Below the pieces are notes generated by a model. The model was not told the origin of the DNA, did not search any database, and was given only the letters and a program-made list of their open reading frames with translations. This document shows, one piece after another, positions 48,096-60,700 of a DNA stretch of 64,000 nucleotides (position 1 is its first letter; every line of letters starts with the position of its first letter). The position numbers and the translations under genes were made by a program. Source of the stretch: Dendrobates tinctorius (taxonomy: Eukaryota); NCBI RefSeq assembly GCF_039654945.1, contig NW_027361810.1, positions 186,001 to 250,000 of the forward strand, read 5' to 3'.

Positions 48096-49540
48096 CTTCC
48101 TCTCTGCAATGTCCAGACCTGGGACTTTGGGGCCCTGCGCTTCTTCTAACTGCCCAGTCCTGGGATGCGGGGGTCCCTCCCGCTTCCCTCTCATACATGG
48201 CTCTGTGGCCGCACATCCCGGGATACACGCGAGGACATGTGTGAACACGTTCTAACATTTGGAGAATTTTCCGCAGATTTCCTCCAGGGGCTGTGGTACT
48301 ATTAACCCTCGGCTGCCTGTAACACCGCAGCCAGCGGCTCATGTCTGACCGCCGCTTGCCTTGGTCTGGGCCGTATTTAGGCTGCGGCTCCTCAGGAGGG
48401 TGAAGCAATCGCCTTTATGTTTCCAAATAAGATCCCAGACACATTCATCCTGGAAATGTGTCCACATTGGGCCTTATAAGGGCCGCAGTGCCCTCCTGCC
48501 CTCCTAGCTGGCTGCTCACCAGCTCGGTTGTGTAACCTTCCTGTAATAAGGACCTGCGCCCGCTTCTCAGACGTTCTCCTCAAATGTGATGCTGGGATTT
48601 CTGCACATTCCAGGAGATGCCAGCGAGGGTGAGAGGGGAGAATTCATCAATGGAAGCCACCAGCCCATAACTGTACGGAATACGGGCTGAGCCCACCCGA
48701 CTGGAGTATAGTGGGGCAAAGAGTGGCATCCTGGGCATGCAGAGCTGACGGTGCCCACCCTCCACGGAATAAGAGAGGCCTTCATCTCTGAAAGACGTAT
48801 ACTGCTCCCAGCTGAGGGCTCGTTACTTTGTGTCAGTGCAGACAGACATCTGTGGGGTAATACCCGGACGAAATCTGCCTCCTGCCCTGATGTCACAATG
48901 TGTCACTACAGACCAGGATGTGATTCTAAGCAGTGGCCAATAGAACCAGACCCTCAGTGGGATGAGACCCCAGGTGATGATGTCCCCGGGGGGCTGCACT
49001 AATCACTGGTCATGATGGTTGTGCTGGAATCTGAACACTGTGAATTAAAGAAATCTCATCAGAACCGAGAAAGACTGAGCCCAGCAAAGTGACAAATGGG
49101 AGGGACAAAACCTTCACATCCACAGGAATTATTACTGGTTATTATAAATAATTATCCATCTGTCATGGGGTTACCGCGACAGAGGAGCCAGAAGACCGCA
49201 GCCTCTGATTTCTCCTACTCCTGCCCTGATTACAAGCACTTCACCTTCATATTAGATGGTGTAAATTTATTTTAGCAGTGCAGGGTGTGGCATGGCGACT
49301 GGCCATGTAATTGATGGGTGGTATGTATCACAGAGGTGGGTGTCCTCTGTGATGGAAGCCTGGGTGTGTGTTGCTCAGCAGATCTACTGCTGGGGTTTAC
49401 TATACATTGGGAGGCTTCCAGGTGACTTGGAGAGATGAGTGGGTCCAGTCACCTACATACCGACCCCAGGGGCTGTGTCTCAACGCCCAAGATGGCAGCA
49501 GTGCTGGCTAGTGTGAGCCAGAGTGAGGAGTCCTGTGATG

Positions 49541-50370
49541 ACCGATCCATTAAAGTAAATGGCTGCCCACTCTCTCCAGTCCCACAAGCTCACTGCCTCG
49601 GGGTTATCCTTGACACTGATCTCTCCTTCAAACCACATATCCGAGCCCTTTCCACTTCCTGCCGACTTCAACTCAAAAATATTTCACGGATCCGTACATT
49701 CCTCAACCAAGAATCTGCAAAACCCCTAGTCCATGCCCTCGCTATCTCCCGCCTTGACTACTGCAACCTACTGGTCTGTGGCCTCCCCTCTAACACTCTC
49801 GCACCCCTCCAATCTATTCTAAACTCTGCTGCCCGACTAATCCACCTGTCCCCCCTGCTATTCCCCGGCCTCTCCCCTCAGTCAATCCCGCAATGGCTCC
49901 CCATTACCCAAAGACTCCAGTACAAAACCCTAACCATGACATACAAAGCCATCCACAACCTGAGTCCTCCATACATCTGTGACCTCGTCTCCCGGTACTT
50001 ACCTGCATGTAACCTCCGATCCTCACAAGATCTCCTTCTCTACTCCCCTCTTATCTCCTCTTCCCACAATCGCATACAAAATATCTCCTGCGCATCACCC
50101 CTACTCTGAAACTCTCTACCCCAACATATCAGACTCTCGCCTACCATGGAAACCTTCAAAAGGAACCTGAAGACCGACCTCTTCCGACAAGTCTACAACC
50201 TGCAGTAACCACCGATCGACCAAACCGCCTCACGACCAGCTCTACCCTCGCCTACTGTATTCTCCCCCATCCCCTGTAGACTGTGAGCCCTCGCGGGCAG
50301 GGTCCTCGCTCCTCCGGGACCAGTAAAGCGCCATGGAATAAATGGCTCTGTAATAATAAATAATAATAAT
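49541..50370 (+). mobile_element. 5'-truncated L2-clade LINE (RT C-terminus, 3' UTR, (TAA)n tail)
   Basis: CLGVILDTDLSFKPHI...LVHALAISRLDYCNLL...WLPITQRLQYKTL; ends in gcgccatggaataaatggctctgtaataataaataataat. Confidence 0.92.
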
Positions 50371-52636
50371 AATATACCTCCGGAGAGACGCCTCTGAGGA
50401 TAAGAGGTATCCGGGAACCTGTGTGGTCGTCACAGATAGATAACAGACACTAATCTGTGTTAGGCACACCAGGCTCAGCGAGGACCGTGGGTTCTATGAA
50501 GCTGAAAGGTGGTCGGACGGCGCACGGGGTGCTGCATGTTACCAACTATCTGAGATTTGGTTTATGTTGTATATTAATAAACCGAATGGACTTGTTTTAA
50601 CTCTTAGTGTCCCAGCATATTCCTCGAAGACCAGCCAAGTGAGTACTGCCCGTCCACAGATAGTGGAGATGTGTTACAGTCATGTGGAGCCGTGCAGAGC
50701 TTGCGGAGCCTCGCTGAGCCTTGCAGAGCGGTGCGGAGCCTCGCTGTCACGTGCCCCGTCCTGTGTGACACGGCCAGCAGGCCGGTAACTAATACAACAG
50801 GACACGGCACGTGTAATTGTCCAGTGTGACGCGGCCCGCAGGCCGATAACTAATACAACAAGACAAAGGGGATAGGGAAACATTTACAACGGTGGGCCCT
50901 ACGATAGGGAACGGGGGATGTGGAGACCTTCTGCACTCCCCTGAGTCAGTGTCCCTAACGTTCCTTATGCCAGTTCCGCACCGGGCGCCGCTCAGGAACC
51001 TGTAGCCCTGGCACACCCTACACCTATCCCTTGCTAGGGAGCTGGGTGGTGCAGGCACTGGCCCCACCGCTGCACTAACACCAACATGAGGAAAAGTGAC
51101 AAACGGAAACACGTAGCTTTGCTCTGATGCACTTGCTCCTGGCAACAGAGAACAACACCTGACTGCATCTTCCTCCACCGTGTCCAACACCTGGAAGCAG
51201 CTTTACAGCAACAGCGTCCAGCACTGAGTGCCCCCTTGGAGCAACAAAGTCCAGCACCTGAGTGCAGCTCTCCAGCAACCGAGTCCGGCAAACTGAGTGC
51301 AGCTCTCAGTAACAGAGTCCAGCAAACTTAGTGCAGCTTTACACCATAGCTGCCACTCCACAAAGCTTTGCAGGAATTCTTCACTGACACCATAGCTGCC
51401 ACTCCACCATGCTTTACACGAACTCCTCACTGACACCATGGCTGCCACTCCAGGACTCTGAATGAGCCACCCTGGACTCTCCTCCAGCTCCCATCCAGCT
51501 CCTTCCTTCACCCAGGATGGTTGGAAAGCCCAACAATAATAATATCACCAACATCAGTGAGTACTACTGACACACCTTTATAGAGCAAACACACCTGTTA
51601 GTGATTCCCGTGCAATCACTCTAACCACCACCGGGGGCAAACTATCTCTAAAAACACCAGTGCAATGACCATACTGGCCACCAGGCAAAACTATCTCTAA
51701 GCACAAGTGCAATGACCATACTGGCCACCGGGGTAAAACTATCCTGAGCAAAACAGCTCACAGGAAAAAAAAGGTTACTTGTGCATTTAATCTGTCAGAT
51801 CCACCCTGGATCATGACAGTACCCTCCCCTTAATGAGGGGCCTCTGGACCCTCAAGACCACTCCTCATCAGGGAACCACCTACAGCGGGGACGCCCAGAT
51901 CCAGAGTTCACCCCACCACTAACTGACACTTCAGGTTTATGACAAAAGCACCGCTGGTATTGGCAATATGTTCTGGAGCCACCACTCATCGCGCTTACCT
52001 GGGGAACGAGTTGTGTATGTTCGGTATGAGCTGATCAGACTCCGCAACACACTTCCACAGGATGTTTTTTGGTGGCCACCCATACATGCTCGTTCACACA
52101 CAGGTCCGGACCTGAACGTTTATTGCCACACATTCGTTTGTCATAATTCGGTGAACTCATTCTGGAATCGACAACAGGCGTCCCCCTGTGTCACCACACT
52201 CACCCCCCCGCAATTCACCAAGGGACACCACCCTCCAACCCTTTACACCATGAGGTCTGCGCCTCCCAGGGTTGGCTAATGGCGAGGGTTGAGATTTGTC
52301 CTGTGATAAAACACTCCGGGATCGGCTTTGCTGGGGTCAAAGGTCACGTGCGTTCAGCATGAAACTCAGGTGTAGAGCTGGGATTCGGGTGTAACTGACC
52401 CTGGGTCAGGTTTATTAACGGTGAAAGCAATGCAAAAGGAAATAAAACATAAAACAAATCCTTGCCTGTCCGGCACTAACTAAACAAGGTACAACCTAAC
52501 TACCAACTGGTGGGCTTCTCCCGTCCAGCCAAACCACAGTTGCAGTGGGCACTGCTTCCACTCACATGTGTCTCTCACACAGACAGGCTCTCTGTGTTCC
52601 CAGGCTGAGACACTCACACAACCACCTGGCATCCTT

Positions 52637-55600
52637 TTATATCCACCTCCCATTATTCATTAGGAAGCAGGTGATATACTGACCAGACTTGGCCACATAG
52701 GAAAGGAATCTGGGCGAGATATACCTGCCCTCATCCACTATTCCCACATGATTCTCACATATCCCCCCCCCCTGCTCAGACCACTCCGGTCGAGCAATGA
52801 CACCCGCCAAACAGTGCACTCGGGACAGGGCATCTGCATTTCCCATCTGTACCCCTGGGCGGTGCTCCACCGTAAAAGTGTAGGCCTGCAGGGCAAGGAA
52901 CCACCGGGTCACCCGGCTATTCCGTTCCTTGTGCAAGTGCATCCACTTGAGAGGGGCATGGTCAGTGATCAGCCTGAACTTTCGGCCCACCAGGTAATAT
53001 TTGAGGGCCTCTAGAGCCCACTTAATGGCGAGGCACTCTTTTTCTACGACTGCATACCTTTGCTCGTGTTTATTCAGCTTCCTGCTGAGATAGAGGACTG
53101 GGTGTTCCACTCCGTCCCTCACTTGTGAGAGTACGGCCCCGATACGGTATCAGAGGCATCCGTTTGTACCACAAACTCGCTGCGGAAGTCCGGAGTCACC
53201 AGTACGGGCTGAGAGCAAAGTGCCCGTTTCAGGCTATGGAAGGCTTCTTCAGCCGCTAAACTCCATTTAATCATGACGGAGTCTTTCCCTTTTGTAAGAT
53301 CCGTCAGGGGGGTAGCGATGGCTGCAAAATTGGGTATGAACCGGCGATAATAACCGGCGATCCCCAGGAAGGCTTGCACCTGCTTCTTGTTGACAGGTTG
53401 CGGCCAGTCCTGAACCGCCTGAATCTTATCAACCTGGGGTTTAACAACACCCCTCCCAATTACATACCCCAAATACCGGGCTTCTTCTAGCCCGACGTGA
53501 CATTTCTTGGGGTTCGTGGTTAGACCTGCCTCCCACAGATCGTCAATCACAGCTTGTACTTTCTGGAGATGAGTCTCCCAGTCCAAGCTGTAAATGACAA
53601 TGTCATCCAAATAGGCTGAAGCGTACCGCCTATGTGGCCTCAGGACTCGATCCATCAGTCTCTGGAAGGTCACCGGTGCTCCGTGCAGTCCAAACGGCAT
53701 ATACACATACTGAAATAAACCTTCCGGCGTAGCAAATGCCGTCTTTTCTCTGGCAGCCTCCGCCAGAGGGATCTGCCAATACCCCTTTGTTAGGTCTAGG
53801 GTCGTAATATACCGGGCTTTTCCTAACCGATCTATTAACTCGTCGACCCGGGGCATAGGGTAGGCATCAAATTTTGAGACCGCATTCAGTTTCCTGAAGT
53901 CATTGCAGAACCGGATGGTGCCGTCCGGTTTAGGAATTAGCACAATCGGGCTGGACCAAGCACTGTGCGATTCCTCAATGACACCTAACTCTAACATTGC
54001 CTTCACTTCTCGGGAAACGGCTTCACGGCGCTTCCGGGATTCGGTAGGGCTTTACGTGAACTGTGACACCAGGTTCCGTTACGATGTCATGTTTCATTAG
54101 CGTAGTCTGCCCGGGTTTTTCTGAGAAAAACTTTTGGTTGTGAAGTAGAAACTGCCTGACCTCAGTCTTTTGCCGCTCCGAGAGAGTCTCTGCAACCCGT
54201 ACCTCCGGTACGGTATGCGAGCAGACGGGACGGGCCAGCTCCGCTGACAAGGCAGACCGATCTTTCCAGGGTTTTATCAGATTTACATGATAAATCTGTT
54301 CAGGTTTCCGTTTACCTGCCTGGTATACTTTGTAGTTTACTTCACCAACTCTTTCCTTGATCTCAAAGGGGCCCTGCCACTTTGCCAGGAACTTACTGTC
54401 CACCGTGGGGACCAGGATCAACACCCTATCTCCGGGTGCAAACGTACGGATCTTGGCGCCCCTATCATAGATTCTTTTTTGGGCTCCTTGGGCCTGTATC
54501 ATGTGTTCTTTGACGATAGGCATAACAGCCGCAATACGGTCCTGCATTTGTGTGACGTGATCTATCACTGTTTTAAACGGAGTGACCTGACCCTCCCAGG
54601 TTTCTTTTGCAACGTCTAACAGTCCGCGAGGACGTCGGGCGTACAATAACTCGAAAGGCGAGAACCCCGTGGAAGACTGGGGTACTTCCCTGATGGCAAA
54701 AAGCAAATACGGAAGTAAATAGTCCCAGTTCTTCCCATCCTTGTCTATCACCTTTCTCAGCATCTGCTTCAGAGTTTTATTGAACCGTTCGACCAACCCG
54801 TCTGTTTGAGGGTGATACACGGATGTGCGTAACGGTTCGATTTGTAACAATCGGCAGAGCTCCTTCATTACCCTGGACATAAAGGGGGTCCCCTGGTCGG
54901 TGACTATCTGTTTTGGTATACCGACCCGACTAAACACATGCACCAGTTCCTTGGCAATCGTCTTAGTGGCCGTGTTACGCAAAGGGATGGCCTCCGGGTA
55001 ACGAGTGGCATAATCCAAGATGACCAGGATATGTTGGTGTCCACGTGCAGACCGTGGAAGGGGCCCCACTAAATCCATCCCAATCCTCTCAAACGGGACT
55101 TCAATAATAGGTAGGGGTACCAAAGGGCTACAGAACCAGGGCTTAGGTGCAGAGGCTTGGCAGTCAGGACAAGACTCACAATATACACGAATATCATGAT
55201 GCATGCCTGGCCAAACAAAACAGTGTAATATCCTTTCGGTGGTTTTCTGGAATCCCAGGTGACCTCCCATCACATGTCTGTGGGCCAGGTCCAGCACCTG
55301 CCGCCGGTAGGGTTTTGGCACGACTAATAGTTGTGTCACATCGGCGGGCATGCCCGCCGATGCCCCTGCTGCTGCGGCGCGCGCCACAGCGTTACCTCTC
55401 CAGCGCGCTCCCGTCCGGTCACGCGCCCGCCGTCCACTCGGCCTCACGGCGGCTCCTGGCTCCCGCCTCCTGGTTCGCGCACGCCACCTCCCACGCTCTC
55501 TCTCCAGCGGTGGGCGGCGCTGAGGGGCGGGTCCAGGGGACGCACTTCCGGGGGTGTGCTGTATTTCAGGCGTCCTCGCTGTCAGGAGGACGCCTGATGA

Positions 55601-57725
55601 TTGTGTAGATTCTCTGCACCCTCTGGCCTCTACAGTTTTGCTGTAGTTAACCTCTCTCTGCCTGTATCGCTCTGCCGTCCTCAGTCTCGTGTCTCCCTTC
55701 CACCCAGTCTGCCTGGGCGCTGTCTTCCCTCCATCCCCTGTGCCCTCCTCTGTCTCCAGTCCGCCTTGGCCTTCCACGTGCCTTTCTCCCGTAGTATTCC
55801 ATCCCCTGTGCCACTGGTCCTTGCTCGTTTTCGCACCGTCACCTTCCCAGTCCTTTTGTCCGTGGAGCCGTCCCTCTTGGTTCCGGCTGTCGCGCCTCCG
55901 TCCTCTGTGGCCCTGCCCCTAACGATCCCTGTATAGGGGTCGGTCTTCACCTGGCGTGCTCGGCCCAGGGGCTCCGGATCCGTGACCCAGAGGGTCCACT
56001 CTCTAACGTAGAGTTCCCCTAAGTATTACAAGTTGCACCGTATCTTCCCCCTTTTTCTCTATCTGATAGAGTAAATCATTCTCCAGAACCATGTAAGGAT
56101 ATGCCAGCCTAGAGCCAGGTTTTACGGGTACCCCATTTATCACTTTTACATTTGTCCTAGCCTGAGAAAGGGTAGGATCCTTTATTTGCTCGCTTTGGAA
56201 GTCATCTTTCTGAACTTCTAAATCCGGCAAACGGGGAGGTGGACGGCTGTCGGCCTCCTCCTCTTCCCCGGTCTCCTCCGTATCACCCGCCATGACTGAA
56301 AACGGGAACTGTAGGTCATTTCCCCGCAGACCCTTCCCCCGAGTCTTCCGGGGAGACCTCTTCCAGGGGTTCGGGACCCACACGCGCCCTGGGAGAAGAA
56401 TCATGTACACTATTACCCGAGGGCATCAACTGATTCTCCCACAATTGCCAGAAGTGGGGAAAATCCCGGCCCAGGATAACATCATGCAATAACGCCGGGA
56501 CGAGTCCCACTTTATGTTGCACAGACCCATAGGAAGTAGTAATGCATATGACCGTGGTGAGGTACGAACAGGTGTCTCCATGCACACACGTTACAGAAAA
56601 TTTGTCTGATGGTCCAGTCGGGGCTGACACCAGACTGGCCTTCACCAGAGTCACCACACTTCCCGAGTCTAACAATGCCACCACATTTTTGCCATCAACA
56701 GTTAAATCACACAAGTGTTTTTCCACATCCTTTTGACCGGCATTCACACTCACTACCCGTGCAACCATAGACATGCGGTTTTTAGAGTCTGTGACGTCGC
56801 ACTGCATGGGTTCAGTAGTGACCGGACAGTTCGCAGCAATATGTCCCATCTCTTGGCAGCGGAAACACCTAACGGGCCCCTTGCTTAGACCATAGTTCGT
56901 TACTCTCGGCCTCGCAGTGCGGGCAGTCCCGTTTTCCTCCCCCACTGTCTTAGGGATTTTTCCATCTCCCCTACTCCCTGGAACAGTCTTACCGGTTCCA
57001 CGTGGAGATGATGAAGAACGAGGTGGGGTAGCGTCGTCTCGGAGTCCTTCCGCCACGGAGTAACGTTCAACCAGATCCACCAGTTGATCTGCCGTCGTAG
57101 GATTTCCATGGCTTACCCACTTCCTCAGGGCTGGCGGTAGAGCTCTCAGGTACTTGTCCATGACGACTCTCTGGATTATCTCTGGTGCTGTCAACACCTC
57201 GGGTTGTAGCCACTTCTTCATCACGTGGATCAGGTCGAACATCTGGGACCACGGTGGTTTATCCGGCTGATAAGTCCATTGTTGCACTCTCTGTGCACGG
57301 ACAGCGGTCGTCACTCCCAGCCGGGCCAAGATCTCGGCTTTCAATTTGTCAAAGTCCTGCGCAGCTTCAGGCTCTAAGTCATAATAAGCCTTTTGGGCCT
57401 CACCGGAAAGAAACGGGGCAATCAGGCCGGCCCATCGTGCCTTCGGCCATTTTTCTCACACCGCCGTCCGTTCAAACGTGGTCAGGTATGCCTCGACGTC
57501 ATCTTCGGTCGTCATCTTCTGCCAGTACCGACTCACGTGAATCACTCTCGACTCGGCTTCCAGGTTAACCTCAGGTAAGCTTGCCAAGCGCTGCGCCACC
57601 TGCTGGAGAAGCGAACGATCGGTAACTGTCATGTCCACCAACTCCTTCAGCTGGGCCATCATCACCCGATTAGCTTCTTGCTGGACGGCGGTGGACTGTA
57701 CCAGCGCTTTCACCACGTCCTCCAT
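52637..57725 (-). pseudogene. Disrupted gag-pol of the Gmr1-type element
   Basis: ORF pieces 57725-57456 and 57344-56316 share a frame, split by one TGA (likely CGA>TGA); frameshifts near 56350, 54020 and 53130; a solo LTR interrupts the frame before the integrase. Confidence 0.9.
55334..56030 (+). mobile_element. Solo LTR inserted in pol of the Gmr1-type element
   Basis: 697 bp, TGTCAC...ATTACA, flanked by exact 5-bp TSD AGTTG (55329-33, 56031-35); removing it restores EDTVQLLVVPKPYR. Orientation is inferred. Confidence 0.88.
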
Positions 57726-60700
57726 GCTTGCAACGTGATGCCCGCGTTCTCCACCACAATGTGATAAAACACTCCAGGATCGGCTTTGCTGGGGTCAAAG
57801 GTCACGTGCGTTCAGCATGAAACTCAGGCGCAGAGCCGGGGTCCGGGTATAACTGACACTGGGTCAGGTTTATTAATGGTGAAAGCAATGCAAAAGGAAA
57901 TAAAACATAAAACAAATCCTTGCCTGTCCGGCACTAACTAAACAATGGACAACCTAACTACCAACTGGCGGGCTTCTCCCGTCCAGCCAAACCACAGTTG
58001 CAGTGGGCACTGCTTCCACTCACGTGTGTCTCTCACACAGACAGGCTCTCTGTGTTCCCAGGCTGAGACACTCACACAACCACCTGGCATCCTTTTATAT
58101 CCACCTCCCATTATTCATTAGTCACCAGGTGCGATACTGACCAGACTAGGCCACATAGGAAAGGAATCTGGCCGAGATATACCTGCCCTCATCCACTATT
58201 CCCACGTGATTCTCACAGCCCCTACTCCCCCGCAGCGCACCTGCTGCTCATACCGGATAGGGAGGGGCCTGGGATATGGAGGAAAAATACACTCCCTGGT
58301 CGCCTTCCTCCACATGACCAGGAGGGGGCAGCTTCTTCGGTGGTATGGAAGATTTGGCGTGAGCCCCACGGGCTATAACATCAGTCTGCTCACTACCAGG
58401 ACGTACCCCTTCACCTCGGGGAACCGCAGACAGCACCATGGGGACACCAACTCCACCCACCTGTCTGGGTGTGTCCGTCAGCATGAGCAAATCCCGCTCC
58501 CCAGCAGCGACTCTAGGGGCCTCCATTGCCAGCCGCTATTTGATTTTCTGGTTAAGACAGAGGGAAGGCCCCAGACCCTGAATACCGCTGCTGGAACTGC
58601 TTACACACCATGCAGCTCCTCACTCACCTCAGTGTGGCCCAGCAGCAAATGCTCACAGGTCTGAACATGGCCTGAGGCTCACCAGAAAAAAAAAAAGTAT
58701 GGTTGGTGATAATGTCACGTGCCCGGTCCTGTGTGACACGGCCAGCAGGCCGGTAACTAATACAACAAGACAAAGGGGGATAGGGAAACATTTACAATGG
58801 AGGGCCCTGCAATAGGGAATGTGGAGACTCCCCTGAGTCAGTGTCCCTAACGCTCCTAACGTTCCCTATGCCGGTTCCGCACCGGACACCGCTCAGGAAC
58901 CTGTAGCCCTGGCACACCCTACACCTATCCCTTGCTAGGGAGCTGGGTGGTGCAGGCACTGGCCCCACCGCTGCACTAACACCAACCTGAGGAAAAGTGA
59001 CAAACGGAAACACTTAGCTTTGCTCTGATGCACTTGCTCCTGGCAACAAAGAACAACACCTGACTGCATCTTCCTCCACCGGGTCCAACACCTTGGTGCA
59101 GCTTTACAGCAACAGCGTCCAGCACTGAGTGCCGCCTTGGAGCAACAGAGTCCAGCACCTGAGTGCAGCTGTCCAGCAACCGAGTCCGGCAAACTGAGTG
59201 CAGCTCTCAGTAACAGAGTCCAGCAAACTGAGTGCAGCTCTACACCATAGCTGCCACTCCACCAATCTTTGCAGGAATTCTTCACTGACACCATAGCTGC
59301 CACTCCACCATACTTTACACGAATTCCTCGCTAACACCATGGCTGCCACTCCAGGACTCTGAATGAGCCGCCCTGGACTCTCCTCCAGCTCCCATCCAGC
59401 TCCTTCCTTCACCCAGGATGGTTGGAAAGCCCAACAATAATAATAATATCACCAACGTCAGTGAGCACTACTGACACACATTTATAGAGCAAACACACCT
59501 GTTAGTGATTCCCGTGCAATCACTCTAACCACCACCGGAGGCAAACTATCTTTAAAAACACCAGTGCAATGACTATACTGGCCACCGGGCAAAACTACCT
59601 CTAAGCACAAGTGCAATGACCATACTGGCCACCGGGCAAAACTACCTCTAAGCACAAGTGCAATGACCATACTGGCCACCGGGGTAAAACTATCCTGAGC
59701 AAAACAGCTCACAGGAAAAAAAAGGTTACTTGTGCATTTAATCTGTCAGATCCACCCTGGATCATGACACTCGCTGTGAGGAACTGCTGGGGCAGATAGA
59801 CTGCCGTGTACAGGCAGTGAGGGGCCTGAGAGGGCCGTGGACAGTCCACGGCGTGCACCCCAAGGAGGGATGGTTGCCTGAAAAGGGAAGTAGTCCCAAA
59901 AAGGGGTGGTGACCCAAACAGGGGTGGTTGCCCAAAAAGGGGCAGTGGCGAATGCGCCAAGGGACTGTTGCCGGGAACAGTGTTCGAACAGCGCGTGTCT
60001 GGTATCCTGTATCAGTTATCCATTTGACAAGACAGCACAGAGGTGTTCTGTGGAAGTCAATGGGGAGAGCGTGGCCGGACTTCTGGACTCAGGGTGCCCA
60101 GTGACCCTGGTGAGCACCACGCTCCCTGTCTATCTGATTCCCGGAAGGAAGATGGAAGTCCACTGCGTTCATGGGGTCCCTAGGGATTATCCGGTGTCCA
60201 GGGTAATCATTGAGACGCCCACGATTATCACCAGCCATGATGTCCCTGTAGTCCTGGACTTGCCATACCGTGTTGTAATAGGCCGGGACTTTAAATTGTT
60301 TTGGGACTTGTGGGAGACGCATTAAGAGGAGGACGTAGCGCCCCTCAGGTTGATATCCCAGAGTTAGGGGTGACCGGGAAAAAGTGTGTGTCTGGCCAAT
60401 TCAGGGACTTAGATGGGTTGACCAAATGTGTGAAAACGGGGTAGATACAGGAAAGGGATCCAACACCTGTTTTAGTGGGGACTTGTTGTTCCTGGGTGAC
60501 AGGGTGAGTAGTGGTGACTCCCATTCAGACAGACTCAAGGGGGGAAAGAGTGCGGTTAGGTGGACCCGAGCTAAAACGGCCAGTCTTCCTCTCAGCGCCA
60601 GGGACACGGCGGCCGCAGAGAGGCAGGACAGGCTACACCCTCTGAGAAGAGGGATGAAGAAGAGACAGGGTCAGGGGCCGCCAGGCTGATTTCCTGGATA

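Larger units (their letters stand above)
52302..58217 (-). mobile_element. Near full-length Gmr1-type Ty3/gypsy LTR retrotransposon with SCAN-like Gag (defective copy)
   Basis: Two 458-bp TG..CA LTRs (52302-52759, 57760-58217); tRNA-Ala-type PBS TGGTGGAGAACGCGGGCAT next to the 5' LTR; poly-G PPT at about 52760-52775; order Gag(SCAN, CCHC)-PR(LLDSGS)-IN(HHCC, D,D35E)-RT(YLDD)-RNase H; imperfect 4-bp flanks GTCC/GCCC. Confidence 0.95.
50745..59769 (-). mobile_element. Non-autonomous Tf1/sushi-type (chromovirus-like) LTR element with about 1.06-kb LTRs
   Basis: Direct-repeat LTRs 50745-51818 and 58713-59769 (TGTCA...TGACA); exact TSD CTCGC; PPT AAGGGGAGGGTAC next to the 3' LTR; non-tRNA PBS; only about 1 kb of decayed internal sequence outside the nested Gmr1 element. 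Confidence 0.88.

Noticed and set aside
43386-48244. Cys-rich ORFs resembling keratin-associated proteins or metallothionein
   Set aside because: Translations of 23-, 24- and 43/44-bp repeats; most unit lengths are not multiples of 3 and all frames give the same cycling peptides.
57738-57756. Sequence matching a tRNA-Ala 3' end
   Set aside because: It is the retrotransposon primer-binding site, not a tRNA gene; no cloverleaf.
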